Source: an uncultured cyanobacterium (lineage in GTDB: Bacteria; Cyanobacteriota; Cyanobacteriia; Cyanobacteriales; Cyanobacteriaceae). Taken from it: DNA of 64,000 bases. The first letter of the stretch is position 1. Every line of letters begins with the position of its first letter. Both the position numbers and the translations under genes were made by a program. This document shows, piece by piece, positions 31,843 through 42,991 of the stretch. The notes below the pieces were generated by a model. The model was given only the letters and a program-made list of their open reading frames with translations. It was not told the origin of the DNA and did no database searches. The stretch is taken from positions 128,001 to 192,000 of the forward strand of contig CAVQBA010000006.1 of the NCBI GenBank assembly GCA_963710605.1, given 5' to 3'.

Positions 31843-32067
31843 TTATTTTGAATTACTCCATTGTCCGTGAATATTAACACTGTAAGGGATTAAGTAACTC
31901 AGTAAACCCGAAATCCATCTTTGCTGGTTCATTTTGCCCGTCATTAAAGCGTTTCCATGATTAATCATCAATAGTATCGTACCTACAAACAAAGCTACTT
32001 TAATTGCTGATTGACTGTATTTAGGGTTAACTAGATTTTGTAGATAATCAGTTATATTATAAATCAT
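31843..32067 (-). CDS. nrtS: NrtS-family small nitrate/nitrite transporter
   Basis: A.KVALFVGTIL..INHG.AL...RW.S..L.Y..PY.VNIHGQ pattern. Confidence 0.7.
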   Translation of the reverse strand: MIYNITDYLQNLVNPKYSQSAIKVALFVGTILLMINHGNALMTGKMNQQRWISGLLSYLIPYSVNIHGQWSNSK

Positions 32068-32503
32068 GACCAAAAATATTCGTTCTGTAAAAAAAATACA
32101 GTTGTTAATAATTGTAACAATATTTAATTTTACCTTATTTGGGTGTGGTGATAATAAAATCGGTAGTTGTAAATTAATTCAAGAAGTAACCACGGAATTA
32201 AACCAAACTGTTGTACTCTATTTAGATAGTGAAGATACGATCGAAATTCAACAAGTTGCCGATAAGTTTAAACAAGCAGAAGAACAAATATTATCAGCAA
32301 ATATTAAAGACGAAAATTTAGCTAATTTAAGTGACCAATTAGCTAATATATATAATCAATATAGTATAGTTACTAGTAATTATATTGTGGCTTATCAACA
32401 ACGCAATCGAGAAAAAGTTATACAATATAAAGAGCAAATTAATCAGTTATCTCTTAAGCAAAACAATATTATTCAACAAATAAATAACTATTGTCTTAAT
32501 TAA
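32066..32503 (+). CDS. Putative lipoprotein
   Basis: Basic N-terminus, hydrophobic stretch, LFGC lipobox. Confidence 0.65.
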   Translation: MTKNIRSVKKIQLLIIVTIFNFTLFGCGDNKIGSCKLIQEVTTELNQTVVLYLDSEDTIEIQQVADKFKQAEEQILSANIKDENLANLSDQLANIYNQYSIVTSNYIVAYQQRNREKVIQYKEQINQLSLKQNNIIQQINNYCLN

Positions 32504-32590
32504 AAATGAAGGATGAAAGATGAAAAAAAGAGAAATAAAAAATATTGTTGTTAATTATTAACTATCAACTATCACTATTCATTACTAAAT

Positions 32591-34099
32591 ATGTTACCAA
32601 TAGATGTAAAAAAAAGACTAGAATTTGCCGATCGTTTTTGGTCAGATTTTAGAAATAAAAAACCCAATATAAACAAAGTTATTACAACTAGTGAAGAAAC
32701 GATCGATAACCATGATTTTGATGTAGTGATTTGTGGTGGCACTTTAGGTATCTTTTTAGCTACAACTTTACAACAACAAGGTTATCAAGTAGCCGTAATC
32801 GAGAAAGGTATATTGCAAGGAAGAGAACAAGAATGGAATATATCTCGTCATGAATTAAATAATTTATTAGAATTAGAATTACTAACGCAAAGTGAATTAG
32901 AAGATATTATTTATACTGAATATAATCCCGCTAGAATTAGTTTTCATCAAGGTTACGAATTGTGGGTAAAAGATATTTTAAATATTGGTGTTAGCCCTAA
33001 ATTATTAATAGCTAAAATTAAAGAAAAATTTATTCGCTGGGGTGGAAAAGTCCTCGAAAAAACCGCCTTTGAATCAGCAATTGTATCCGATACAGGTGTA
33101 ATAGTTAAAACAGATCAAAATCAATTAAAAACTAAATTACTCATTGATAGTATGGGTAACTTTTCACCGATCGTTAAACAAGTAAGAAACGGCACAAAAC
33201 CTGAAGGAGTTTGTTTAGTTGTTGGTAGTTGTGGTGATGGTTTTACTAATAACAATACAGGTGATTTAATCGCCTCGATTACGCCGATTCAAAATCAATG
33301 TCAATATTTTTGGGAAGCATTTCCTGCTAAAGATGGGCGGACAACTTATTTGTTTACTTATGTTGATGCACACCCAGATAGAATTAGTTTGACAGAATTG
33401 ATGAATGAATATCTGCGATTGTTACCTGAATATCAACAGATAGAATTAGGCGAAATAGACTTTAAACGTTTTTTGTTTAGTTTTTTTCCTGCCTATCGTC
33501 AAAGCCCATTAAAAATGCCTTGGCAAAGAATGCTAGCCATCGGTGATAGTAGCGGTTTGCAATCTCCCGTTAGTTTTGGTGGTTTTGGATCGATGATGCG
33601 TCATTTACCCCGATTGAAAGTTGCGATCGATCAAGCTTTAAAAGAAGACTGTTTAACAACGGCTGAGCTAGGTTTAATTCAACCATACCAACCTAATATA
33701 TCGGTGACATGGTTATTCCAAAAAACGATGAGTGTGAATATTGATGCCCAACCACAACCTAACCAAATTAACGATTTGATGAGTGGAGTTTTTAAAGTGA
33801 TGGATAGATTAGGCGATAATGTTTTGACACCATTTTTACAAGATGTGGTTACTTTTCCGGGGTTAGCGAAAACTTTACCTTTAGTTAATCCGTTGTTGGT
33901 ATTGCCTTTGTTACCTCAAGTGGGTGTACCTGTTTTAGCTGATTGGTTAAAGCATTTTGCTACTTTAGGTGTTTATAGCGGTTTGTATCCTTTAGGTAAA
34001 TCTTTACAATCAACTATTATGCAGAAATTGACACCTCAACAACAATATTATTACGATCGTTATCTACAAATGTGGCAATATGGTTCAGGGAATAAATAG
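32591..34099 (+). CDS. cruP: CruA/CruP-family FAD-dependent carotenoid cyclase, CruP-sized
   Basis: ICGGTLG, GREQEWNISR, QYFWEAFP, QSPVSFGGFG. Confidence 0.75.
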   Translation: MLPIDVKKRLEFADRFWSDFRNKKPNINKVITTSEETIDNHDFDVVICGGTLGIFLATTLQQQGYQVAVIEKGILQGREQEWNISRHELNNLLELELLTQSELEDIIYTEYNPARISFHQGYELWVKDILNIGVSPKLLIAKIKEKFIRWGGKVLEKTAFESAIVSDTGVIVKTDQNQLKTKLLIDSMGNFSPIVKQVRNGTKPEGVCLVVGSCGDGFTNNNTGDLIASITPIQNQCQYFWEAFPAKDGRTTYLFTYVDAHPDRISLTELMNEYLRLLPEYQQIELGEIDFKRFLFSFFPAYRQSPLKMPWQRMLAIGDSSGLQSPVSFGGFGSMMRHLPRLKVAIDQALKEDCLTTAELGLIQPYQPNISVTWLFQKTMSVNIDAQPQPNQINDLMSGVFKVMDRLGDNVLTPFLQDVVTFPGLAKTLPLVNPLLVLPLLPQVGVPVLADWLKHFATLGVYSGLYPLGKSLQSTIMQKLTPQQQYYYDRYLQMWQYGSGNK

Positions 34100-34232
34100 T
34101 TAATCAAACAAAGTTGATTCGATCAGCAAAATTTTCTCATTTTTATGAGAAAAAATTATATTTGCCCTAACCTGATTTATTGCTCTCAAACAGAAGTATT
34201 TGATGATTTATTTTAAATATTACTGACTGTTA

Positions 34233-34500
34233 TATAGCGTTTCCCATCATTATGAAGTACACTTACGATTCCCCCTAAATCCCCCTTACAAAAGGGGGAC
34301 TTACCATTTTTTTGTACCTCGTAAATATGGGAAAGGCTATAATCGTTTCAAATAATAATAAGATAATTTATGGTTAAGAATCTTAGTTTAATTTATTAAA
34401 CGGATAAGTGTTAGCCTTAAATGGCAATTTAAGGCGGGTTTTATCCTCAAATTTGACCGATCATTATTGATATCTCAGTTTAAATATTACTGACTGTTAT
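34233..34500. mobile_element. Two abutting MITE-like elements (34233-34341 and ~34338-34500)
   Basis: First has TATAGC..TTCCCAT / ATGGGAA.GGCTATA ends; second has the TTAGCCTT..AAGGCG hairpin; 22-bp direct repeat at 34212-34233 and 34479-34500. Confidence 0.65.
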
Positions 34501-34676
34501 CAATCAACTACTGTACTTACCTTTGCCCTTTGCACGAGTGCCCTTTGCCCTTTGTTGACAAATTGTCAATCGTTTCTTGATTATACTCTCTACCAAATTA
34601 TTTAAACTAGTCATCTTATCTAATTAGCGATCATTTGTTTGTTACACAATTAGCGATTATCCAACAGCTTAATTAA

Positions 34677-34773
34677 TCCCCCTCCTTTGAAAGGAGGGGT
34701 TAGGGGTGGTTATTTCCCTATTTAAATAGGGTTAGGGGTGGTTATTTCCCCATTTAAAGAGGGGTTAGGGGTG
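34677..34773. repeat. Three tandem G-rich units (GGGGTTAGGGG(G)TGGTTATTTCCC...)
   Basis: Seen directly, period ~32-33 bp. Confidence 0.7.
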
Positions 34774-34774
34774 T

Positions 34775-36703
34775 TTATTTACCTACACCAACCGAAGTTT
34801 CTTCTTCTTGTTTAGCAAACCAAGAATTTAAGATTTGTTCGGCGATTTGAGGAGGAGTTAAACCTAAATCATAATAAGACTCATCAGGTTTAGCATGATC
34901 GACTAATTTGTCAGGAATACCAATACGTTTGAACTGAGGAGTCAAGATCGTTGTCGAATAAAGCTTCAGCGACGGCTGAGCCAAATCCACCCATAATGCA
35001 ACCTTCTTCTAAAGTCACAACTTTACCAATTTTTTCAGCTAAAGGTAAAATCAAGTCAGTATCTAAAGGTTTGACAAAACGAGCATTAACTACAGTTGCT
35101 TCTATTCCATGCTCACTTAGTATTTCCGCCGCTTGCATCGAAACATTAACCATTGTGCCATAACCTAAAAGTAATAAATCATCACCTTGGCGTAAAATTT
35201 CACCTTTACCAATTTCGATTTCTTCCCAACCTTCCTCGGCTAAGACAACACCAATACCACTACCACGAGGATAACGCATAGCGATCGCACTTTCAGTATG
35301 ATTAATACCTGTTACCACCATTCTTTGTAGCTCAGCTTCGTCTTTAGGTGCCATCACTACTAAGTTAGGAATACAACGCAGGTAAGCAATATCATATACC
35401 CCTTGGTGAGTTGGGCCATCTGGCCGACAATACCTGCTCTATCTAAACAGAAAAATACAGGTAATTTTTGAATACAAACATCATGAATAATTTGGTCAAA
35501 AGCCCGTTGCAAGAAAGTAGAATAAATAGTCGCAACTGGACGCATACCTTCACAAGCTAAACCTGCGGCAAGAGTAATTGCGTGTTGCTCGGCAATACCA
35601 ACATCGATATATTGCTTAGGTAATTTTTGTTGTAATTTAACTAAACCTGTACCTGTACCCATCGCCGCTGTAATTGCAATAATTTTGGGGTTATTTTCAG
35701 CCAACTTCGTTAAAGTATGAGTAAAAACTTTAGAATAACTAGGTGGTTTTGGTTTACTTGAAGGAATTGGTTTACCTGTAATTAAATTGAAGGGATTTTG
35801 AGCATGATAACCAACTTGATCTTTTTCAGCGACGGCATAACCTTTACCTTTAACTGTCGCTACATGGACGAATACTGGTCCTTTTACTTTATGAGCTTTT
35901 TTAAAAGTCTCAATTAACTCAGCTAAATTATGCCCATCAATCGGACCAAAATAAGTAAAACCTAATTCTTCAATTACAGCACCGACTTTAGGCATCGCTA
36001 CTCTTTTCATTGCTTCTTTGAGGTTGATCATTTCAGGAGAAAGATTTTTACCATCACCAAACAATGGAAAATGTTTGAATTGCTCTTCGAGGTTATCAGT
36101 GATAAATTGAACAGGATCTGATAAACGAACTTTATTCAAATAACGAGAAATTGCTCCCACATTAGGAGAAATAGACATATCGTTATCATTAAGCACTACC
36201 ATCAAATTAGTATTGGGTAAATGTCCTGCGTGGTTAATTGCTTCTAATGCCATTCCACCTGTTAAGGCACCATCACCGATAATGGAAACTACTTTGAAGT
36301 TTTCGCCTTTACTATCTCTAGCTAAAGCCATACCTAACCCAGCAGAAATACTTGTAGAGGCGTGTCCTGCTCCGAAATGATCAAATTTGCTCTCACTACG
36401 TTTTAGATACCCCGCAACACCTTTTTTTTGTCTTAAGGTATGGAAATCATTGTATCTACCCGTTAGCATTTTATGAGGATAAGCTTGATGCCCTACGTCC
36501 CAAATTACTTTATCGTGGTCTAAGTCTAAAGTTTGATATAATCCGATGGTTAATTCTACTACTCCTAATCCCGGCCCTAGATGTCCTCCTGTGGCTGCGA
36601 TCGTTTCTAGGTGTTTTTCTCTGATTTGTTTGGCAACATCTTCTAACTGCCTAACAGAGAGTCCGTGTAATTGATTGGGATGAGTAATTTCACTTATCTG
36701 CAT
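34775..36703 (-). CDS. dxs: 1-deoxy-D-xylulose-5-phosphate synthase, with two apparent frameshifts (~35420, ~34945)
   Basis: [43 protein letters not shown] broken by a 1-nt loss; remainder in ORFs 34911-35357 and 34775-34990. Confidence 0.93.
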
Positions 36704-37032
36704 ATGTTATCTTCCCTTTAATATATATATACTAAATGTTTATCTATTGTATTAAGACTACTTTTCTTTATTGTGTCTCAATTTTCTTTTTTTTACTATC
36801 GATAATTTATTTAGTTAACCACAGATTGTAATGTTCTTATGTAAAGTATTATCGCAAATATTAATTAAATAGCCGAACATTCGCCGATAAATTTCATTTA
36901 AATTTATTAGTTTATTTTTATGAACGATTGTTATTAGCCTTGTTAATTTATACTTTGAGTTTATACAAGTGAAGGTTTTAAAACCCTGATGACAATCAAC
37001 TTGTTTTAAGGCAAATTTTGACAATGGGAATT

Positions 37033-38091
37033 TTAATTGCTGAATGAGGCAATCTGATTACGGATTAACTCTAGTTGCTGAGCTAGTTTACCGCTACTTA
37101 ATAACTCTTTTGTTACGGTCAAACCTTCTTCTATACTAGAAACGACACCACACCGCCACAAATAAAAACCACCATTCAAAATACTAATTTGAGTTAGGGG
37201 TGTATTTTCTCCGGCAATTGTTTGTTGTAGTTGTTGGAAATAAGTAGATCGATCGTCTAAAATTGGATCATCCCCATCTAAATCATATTCACGAGCATTA
37301 ATTTTCAAATACTTTGATTCATCAGATTCTTCTGAATGATCGATACTGATAATATTAGTTTGAGATAATTTTAAATCACCACTTCCTTCTAATCCTTTAA
37401 TCAAAGTATATTTTTCTTGCCCATTAAGTTTTAATGCACCTTTAATCATCTTTTCGGTGGGAGGATGAACAAAACCCGCTATCACATGAGTTTTACCTTG
37501 ATAAGGATGCCAGATTAATTCTAAAGTAGCTAAAGGTGGACGTTTACCAATTTGATCTCTATATGCCACCATATTATGAGCTAAAGGAAAATGATTCGGC
37601 AGATAAAGAAAACCAAAATTAGTAGCTTTTAATAATTGATTAACTTGATTCAAAGAAAGACTAGTCACATCTACACCTAAACTTGCCCAAATATCAGCTA
37701 AAGGTAAACCATATTTAGTCGGCATTGTGATTCCGCCGTGCATCACTACAGGTAGATTCATCGTGCTTAAAACCAAAGCCGTAATTGGTGAAATAGGTGT
37801 AGTACGTGTTCTACCATCATAAGGGATACCTAAAACCACCAGCTCAGAAGAATTATCTAAAGGTGCTAATACATCACCTAAATTGTTGTAGCTACTCAAC
37901 ATTCCGCCTAATTCTTCAGCAGTAGGGCGTTTGATTCGATGAGCAATCAAAAAAGCACCTATTTGAGCTGGAGTAGCAACTTCGGTGAACATCATTTCTA
38001 AAGCGTTACTGGCTTCGGTAAATGTAAGGTCTTTGTGGGTGTGTGTACCACTACCTACTTTTTTTAAAAGTTCTCTGAATTCGTTACTCAT
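37033..38091 (-). CDS. Anthranilate phosphoribosyltransferase-like protein (TrpD2/YbiB-like)
   Basis: QIGAFLIAHRIKR, PYDGR, GKRPPLAT, GFVHPPTE, KGLEGS. Confidence 0.8.
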   Translation of the reverse strand: MSNEFRELLKKVGSGTHTHKDLTFTEASNALEMMFTEVATPAQIGAFLIAHRIKRPTAEELGGMLSSYNNLGDVLAPLDNSSELVVLGIPYDGRTRTTPISPITALVLSTMNLPVVMHGGITMPTKYGLPLADIWASLGVDVTSLSLNQVNQLLKATNFGFLYLPNHFPLAHNMVAYRDQIGKRPPLATLELIWHPYQGKTHVIAGFVHPPTEKMIKGALKLNGQEKYTLIKGLEGSGDLKLSQTNIISIDHSEESDESKYLKINAREYDLDGDDPILDDRSTYFQQLQQTIAGENTPLTQISILNGGFYLWRCGVVSSIEEGLTVTKELLSSGKLAQQLELIRNQIASFSN

Positions 38092-38433
38092 AGATTTAGA
38101 TTAAGATTGATTTAGATCAAGAAAAAAGACATCTTTTAACGAATTGTTAAACATAAATTATAATAATTTATCCATTTTTTTTCATTATTTAATCTCAATA
38201 GGTATCAGATAATTAACGATCGACAAATGATAGTTAAAAACAAGTAGGTACGTTAGAACTTAAATGAAATAGATAAAAAAATCCCACGCTTAACTAAAAA
38301 CGTGGGTATAAAAGCGATCGATAATTGATCAATAGGAATTATATTCTCTTTCTTTTTTTCACCTCTAAATTGAGATAGAGGTTGATTATCAATTATTGGC
38401 AATAAGACCGAATCTGACTTATTTTTGATAATT

Positions 38434-38757
38434 TTAAAGATACTTTTCTAATGTATTAGATAAAGTAGTTTTAGGTACTGCACCTACTACAGTATCTGTT
38501 TTTTGACCATCTTTAAAAATCATCAAAGTTGGAATGCTACGGATACCGTACTGACTAGCAATTTGAGGATTTTCGTCGGTATTTAACTTAACGACTTTAA
38601 CCTTACCTTCGTATTGTTGAGCAATTTCTTCTACCACAGGTGCAACCATCCGACAAGGACCACACCAAGGAGCCCAAAAGTCAACTAATACAGGGACATT
38701 ACTCTCTAAGACAGTTTCTTTAAAATCTGCTTCTTTTACTTCTGTCACATCTGACAT
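38434..38757 (-). CDS. trxA: Thioredoxin (m-type)
   Basis: [10 protein letters not shown]. Confidence 0.95.
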   Translation of the reverse strand: MSDVTEVKEADFKETVLESNVPVLVDFWAPWCGPCRMVAPVVEEIAQQYEGKVKVVKLNTDENPQIASQYGIRSIPTLMIFKDGQKTDTVVGAVPKTTLSNTLEKYL

Positions 38758-38896
38758 TATATTTATTCTTCCTTAACTAGATTTAGTAGTATTTAAAATA
38801 CTATCAAATTTTAGAATAGCAAATATTACGGTTCTCACCATCAATTATTTTCAGAAGTTTACATTCTGACTAAAACAAGTTGACAATAGACGAAAT

Positions 38897-38965
38897 TAGA
38901 AATCCGCCCTTACGAATAAGAGCGGTTTATGGTGTGAGGAGTGAACGGAAAAAAAATTCTTCCGC
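38897..38965 (-). ncRNA. yfr1: Yfr1 cyanobacterial small RNA
   Basis: Minus strand: 5' stem GCGGAAG/TTTCCGT, unpaired ACTCCTCACAC motif, 3' stem CCGCTCTTA-TTCG-TAAGGGCGG; TAGAAT -10 at 38973-38978; upstream of trxA as is typical. Confidence 0.88.
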
Positions 38966-39110
38966 CTTCTCTATTCTAAAACAATTCTGAGGATTATTAT
39001 CATCATCAGTTTAAATAATCCTTTCTTAATCTAAAAATAAACCTATTTTTTCACCAACTAATTTTAACAAATGTTAAATTTTTATGAATTTTCTCATTTT
39101 CGACAGTAAA

Positions 39111-39302
39111 CTAACCAAGATGGGATAAATAAGTCAAACAATCACGAACTAAAAAGTAAACGACCATCATCGCCGCGGCGGCTAACGCAACTAGTGTACC
39201 AGCTAGTATCAAGGAAAATTCTCGATGGTCAAAGGCTTTCTGCATCAAGTGCAAAGACCAAGCAACTAAAGCGACATCTAATATGAGAATAGGTATTAAC
39301 AT
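39111..39302 (-). CDS. Small two-TM membrane protein
   Basis: 63 aa, two hydrophobic segments. Confidence 0.65.
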   Translation of the reverse strand: MLIPILILDVALVAWSLHLMQKAFDHREFSLILAGTLVALAAAAMMVVYFLVRDCLTYLSHLG

Positions 39303-39373
39303 TTCTTAAAATATAAGTTCTATTCTATTTTAAACTAATTTTTTTAAGATATGAAGTTTTGTAAAGGCTAAAC

Positions 39374-40141
39374 CTATTTTCGGACTTTAACATCATGAAA
39401 TGTTAAGAATTGCTTAATTTCACTGACAGTTAATTCTCCATAGTGTAGTAGTGAAGCGAGTAAGGCGGCCTCGGCTTTACCTTCTGTCAGAGCGTCGTAT
39501 ATATGTTGACAGTTACCCGCACCACCAGAAGCAATCACGGGTATTTCAACTTGAGAGGCGATCGTTTTAGTTAGGCTTAAGTCATAGCCATTTTTAGTGC
39601 CATCAGCATCCATACTAGTAATAAGTAATTCACCTGCACCTCTATTAGTTACTTCTTTTGCCCATTCAATCGCATCAATGCCTGTATTTTCTCTGCCACC
39701 ACGAACATATACATCCCAACCAGGGTTAGTGGGATCATTTCTTTTTCTCGCATCGATCGCTACTACTATACATTGAACCCCAAAACGATCGCTAGCGGCG
39801 TTAATAAAATCAGGATTTTTAACCGCAGTAGAGTTGATACTGACTTTATCTGCCCCCGCCCGTAATAAATTTTTGACGTTATCTAAAGTTTTGATTCCAC
39901 CACCTACAGTTAGAGGAATAAATACTTGTTCTGCGGTACGGTAAACTACATCAATAATAGTGTCCCTAGCTTCATGAGTGGCGGTAATATCCAGAAAAAC
40001 TAACTCATCAGCACCCGCATCATTATAAACTTTAGCTAATTCTACAGGATCGCCTGCATCTTTTAAATCGACAAAATTGACTCCTTTTACAACTCTACCG
40101 TTATTAACATCCAAACAAGGTAAAATTCTTTTCGCTAACAT
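39374..40141 (-). CDS. hisF: Imidazole glycerol phosphate synthase cyclase subunit
   Basis: [32 protein letters not shown]. Confidence 0.97.
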   Translation of the reverse strand: MLAKRILPCLDVNNGRVVKGVNFVDLKDAGDPVELAKVYNDAGADELVFLDITATHEARDTIIDVVYRTAEQVFIPLTVGGGIKTLDNVKNLLRAGADKVSINSTAVKNPDFINAASDRFGVQCIVVAIDARKRNDPTNPGWDVYVRGGRENTGIDAIEWAKEVTNRGAGELLITSMDADGTKNGYDLSLTKTIASQVEIPVIASGGAGNCQHIYDALTEGKAEAALLASLLHYGELTVSEIKQFLTFHDVKVRK

Positions 40142-40293
40142 CTATATTGACCAGTAATTACACGCCATTATTTAGGATAACAGTTTTGTTACCATTGCGA
40201 TCGATCGATCGTTACGTCATATTTTATCCTCAATTAATAAGGTGTAATCGCCCCTAATCTTCTTGCTTTTGCTTTCTTGCTTTAGAAAAGGGG

Positions 40294-40483
40294 CAGGGCT
40301 GTTTCATTCTTAAAAAGAAGAAAATAGCTAGAAGCAAAAAATAAATAGCTAGAAGCTATTACTACATACTCGATCGAGAGATTTAGTAAAATTGTATTTT
40401 TACTATTAGAAAAAAACTGCGATCCATTTACTGCTATTTCTGGCGTTGTAGAAATTACAAATTTTAAGAATGAAACAGCCCTG
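40294..40483. mobile_element. 190-bp non-autonomous IS derivative (MITE) with 22-bp perfect TIR CAGGGCTGTTTCATTCTTAAAA, ISAs1-like ends
   Basis: TIRs at 40294-40315 and 40462-40483; no transposase; no obvious TSD. Confidence 0.75.
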
Positions 40484-40631
40484 CATAGGGACGGGGGGGA
40501 TACTCCATTGATAGGCGTTATTAATTTTGGTGGTAGTGATGGCACGCTACTTTTAAAATTACCTTTGCACGAGTGCCCTTTTCACGAGTGCCCTTTGTTG
40601 ACTTTTAATTAAAACAATTCAAAGAAAATCA

Positions 40632-41471
40632 TCAACAATTAGAAGTCTTACCGAATCGTTTGACAAATTTGTCTTCTACTTTAGTCATTAAATCAAAAGG
40701 AAAACCAGCTTTTTTATAAAGGTGGGAAGGGATATTTTTCTTGATTTCTTCATGAAGCATTGGTAGTTCGCTCCAATGACGGCCATATTGAAGATGATGA
40801 GCGGTATGGTATCCCAAATTACAAGTAAAAAAGTTATACCAACGATCGGTAATATTATAAGTTGCTTGGTAATGATCTTCTTCATCTAATCCAGCATGAT
40901 GATCATAAGTTACATACACCGTCATAAATAACAAGAAAATCATTGGTACCACAAAAATAATTAAAGTGTTTAGCCAATTAATCCAAGAGAATATAGCCAG
41001 TGTGAATAATGTGAGCAAGATATTTTCAATTAGTTTTCGACGAGATTTAGGATGAGCTTGACCAACTTGTAAAGCTACAGGGTAAGCCTGAATTGAAACT
41101 TTGAAAGTATATTCAAGACGAGGTATTAGCTTTCGGCTACTACTCATCCAAGCCGATTCATCTTTAGATTGATCTAGATAATTAACATGATGACCAAGAT
41201 TATGATGCAAAACCCAAAGTTCTCCCACAATTCCGGTTTGTAAACCCATAATTAATTCAATAATCCGATTTGCCCAAGGACGATTGAAAAACTTGTAATG
41301 TTGGTGGTGATGATTCCAACTACAAATCCATCCTTTGATGTTAAGGCTAATAATAATCCAAATAAGAGGAGTTAAAACCGAAGAACTAGACAAAAAAAAA
41401 GCTAAATCAAGAGCGAATACGGATAAAATGACAGCGATTAGGTAGTAATCAATTTTTTTTCTAACAAGCAT
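40632..41471 (-). CDS. Membrane fatty-acid desaturase/hydroxylase-family protein
   Basis: His boxes HHHQH, HHNLGHH, HH, HTAHH; TM segments. Confidence 0.8.
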   Translation of the reverse strand: MLVRKKIDYYLIAVILSVFALDLAFFLSSSSVLTPLIWIIISLNIKGWICSWNHHHQHYKFFNRPWANRIIELIMGLQTGIVGELWVLHHNLGHHVNYLDQSKDESAWMSSSRKLIPRLEYTFKVSIQAYPVALQVGQAHPKSRRKLIENILLTLFTLAIFSWINWLNTLIIFVVPMIFLLFMTVYVTYDHHAGLDEEDHYQATYNITDRWYNFFTCNLGYHTAHHLQYGRHWSELPMLHEEIKKNIPSHLYKKAGFPFDLMTKVEDKFVKRFGKTSNC

Positions 41472-41757
41472 TTTTTATATTAAGAGACAAATTGTAACCA
41501 AAACCATTATAAAACCATCAAAAGACAAAATCAAAGCTTACATTAAGAACACAGATAATATAAGAGCATCAGAAAACACAAATTATCACCGCAAATAGCC
41601 ATAATTAAAGAACTTAATCTTATTATTATAAGATGGGCAAATTACTATAGCTTAGGGTACGATCGTCGATCGTGTAGTCCATTGATAAGTCTCGAAAAGT
41701 CTAATATGTAAACGATACATAATTATCTTCATTCTCAATTACTAATTACTAATTATT

Positions 41758-42861
41758 ATGCTTAGCGGTTACACATTACCTGTCTTTGCCACGGCTTCGG
41801 CTGTAGCGGGTTTACAATATTTACAAAACAAGTTTGACGATTCAAAACAAGTTTCGATCGATTTAATTAATCCTGAGAAGATAGTCTCGATCGAAATCGA
41901 ACAAATAGCCAAAATTAGCGCATCCGAAGTATTAGCTATTACAAAATCAGATCCCGGTGATAACTTAGATTTAACTCGTGATACACCAATTTGGGCGATC
42001 GTTAAATTAACACCATCATCTGAAAAGAAAGTCATTTTTAAAGGAGGAGAAGGAGTAGGGCAGATAGTAAATAAGAATCATCAATCGGCAATTTATAGTT
42101 ATGCCCAAAATTTATTACAAACAAATTTACTAGCTAATCTTGAAAGTAATAGTTTAGTTGAAGTGACGATTATTTTACCCGAAGGAAAAAAACTAGCTCT
42201 TAAAACATCTAATTCAGCTTTTGGTGTTGTCGAAGGTTTATCCTTGTTAGGTACAAGTGGTATTGCTCAACCTTTAACCAGTAAAGAGCAATTAGATATT
42301 TATCAACAAGAATTACTCGAAAAAGCCGAGCAACACGATACTTTAATTTTTTGTATCGGCGAAAATGGTTTAGATTTAGCCCCAAAATTAGGTTTTAATC
42401 CTGAGCAATTAATTAAGACAGCTAATTGGTTAGGCTCGATGCTAGTCTCGGCTACCCAAACACCAGTTAAATCAATTATTTTACTTGGTTATCATGGTAA
42501 ATTAATTAAACTAGCTGGTAATATTTTTCATACTCATCATAAATTAGCTGATGCGAGGTTAGAAATTTTGACGGGTATAGGGGCTTATTTGGGTTTACCT
42601 CATCATCTTTGTTCGCAGATATTTGAAGCCTCTACAACAGAAAGTGCGTTGAAAATACTCAGAAATTTTGACGAGCAAAATGGTAGTTGTTGGCAAGAAC
42701 AAATTTATCAATTTATCGCTAATCGTATTGAGCAAAATTCAGTTGAGTATATCAATAAGAATGTTGATTCTTCAATTAAAGTTGGTGCTATTTTATTCGA
42801 TCGTGATCGACAAGTGATTAGTCGGGGTGAACAAGCTCAGAAATTGATGGGTAATTTTTGA
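41758..42861 (+). CDS. cbiD: Cobalt-precorrin-5B C1-methyltransferase
   Basis: SGYTLPVFA, SDPGDNLDLTR, GLSLLGTSG, GYHGKLIKLA. Confidence 0.93.
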   Translation: MLSGYTLPVFATASAVAGLQYLQNKFDDSKQVSIDLINPEKIVSIEIEQIAKISASEVLAITKSDPGDNLDLTRDTPIWAIVKLTPSSEKKVIFKGGEGVGQIVNKNHQSAIYSYAQNLLQTNLLANLESNSLVEVTIILPEGKKLALKTSNSAFGVVEGLSLLGTSGIAQPLTSKEQLDIYQQELLEKAEQHDTLIFCIGENGLDLAPKLGFNPEQLIKTANWLGSMLVSATQTPVKSIILLGYHGKLIKLAGNIFHTHHKLADARLEILTGIGAYLGLPHHLCSQIFEASTTESALKILRNFDEQNGSCWQEQIYQFIANRIEQNSVEYINKNVDSSIKVGAILFDRDRQVISRGEQAQKLMGNF

Positions 42862-42991
42862 GAGGGCGATTACTTGTTGGTATTGGCTGTTGGGTTTCGC
42901 TTTTTTTTAAGTATTGTTTAGCTCTCAAATTTTTTGAGGCTTAACCGCTTTTTATGATCGTACCTCATCCTAGTTGTTTCCTCCTTTTGAA

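Noticed and set aside
32086-32100. NtcA box upstream of nrtS (TGTA-N7-TACA)
   Set aside because: Spacer is 7 nt, not 8, and distance to the nearest TATAAT is 25 nt; would need a homopolymer error to qualify
40282-40545. 87-aa minus-strand ORF
   Set aside because: Runs through the MITE; no protein features
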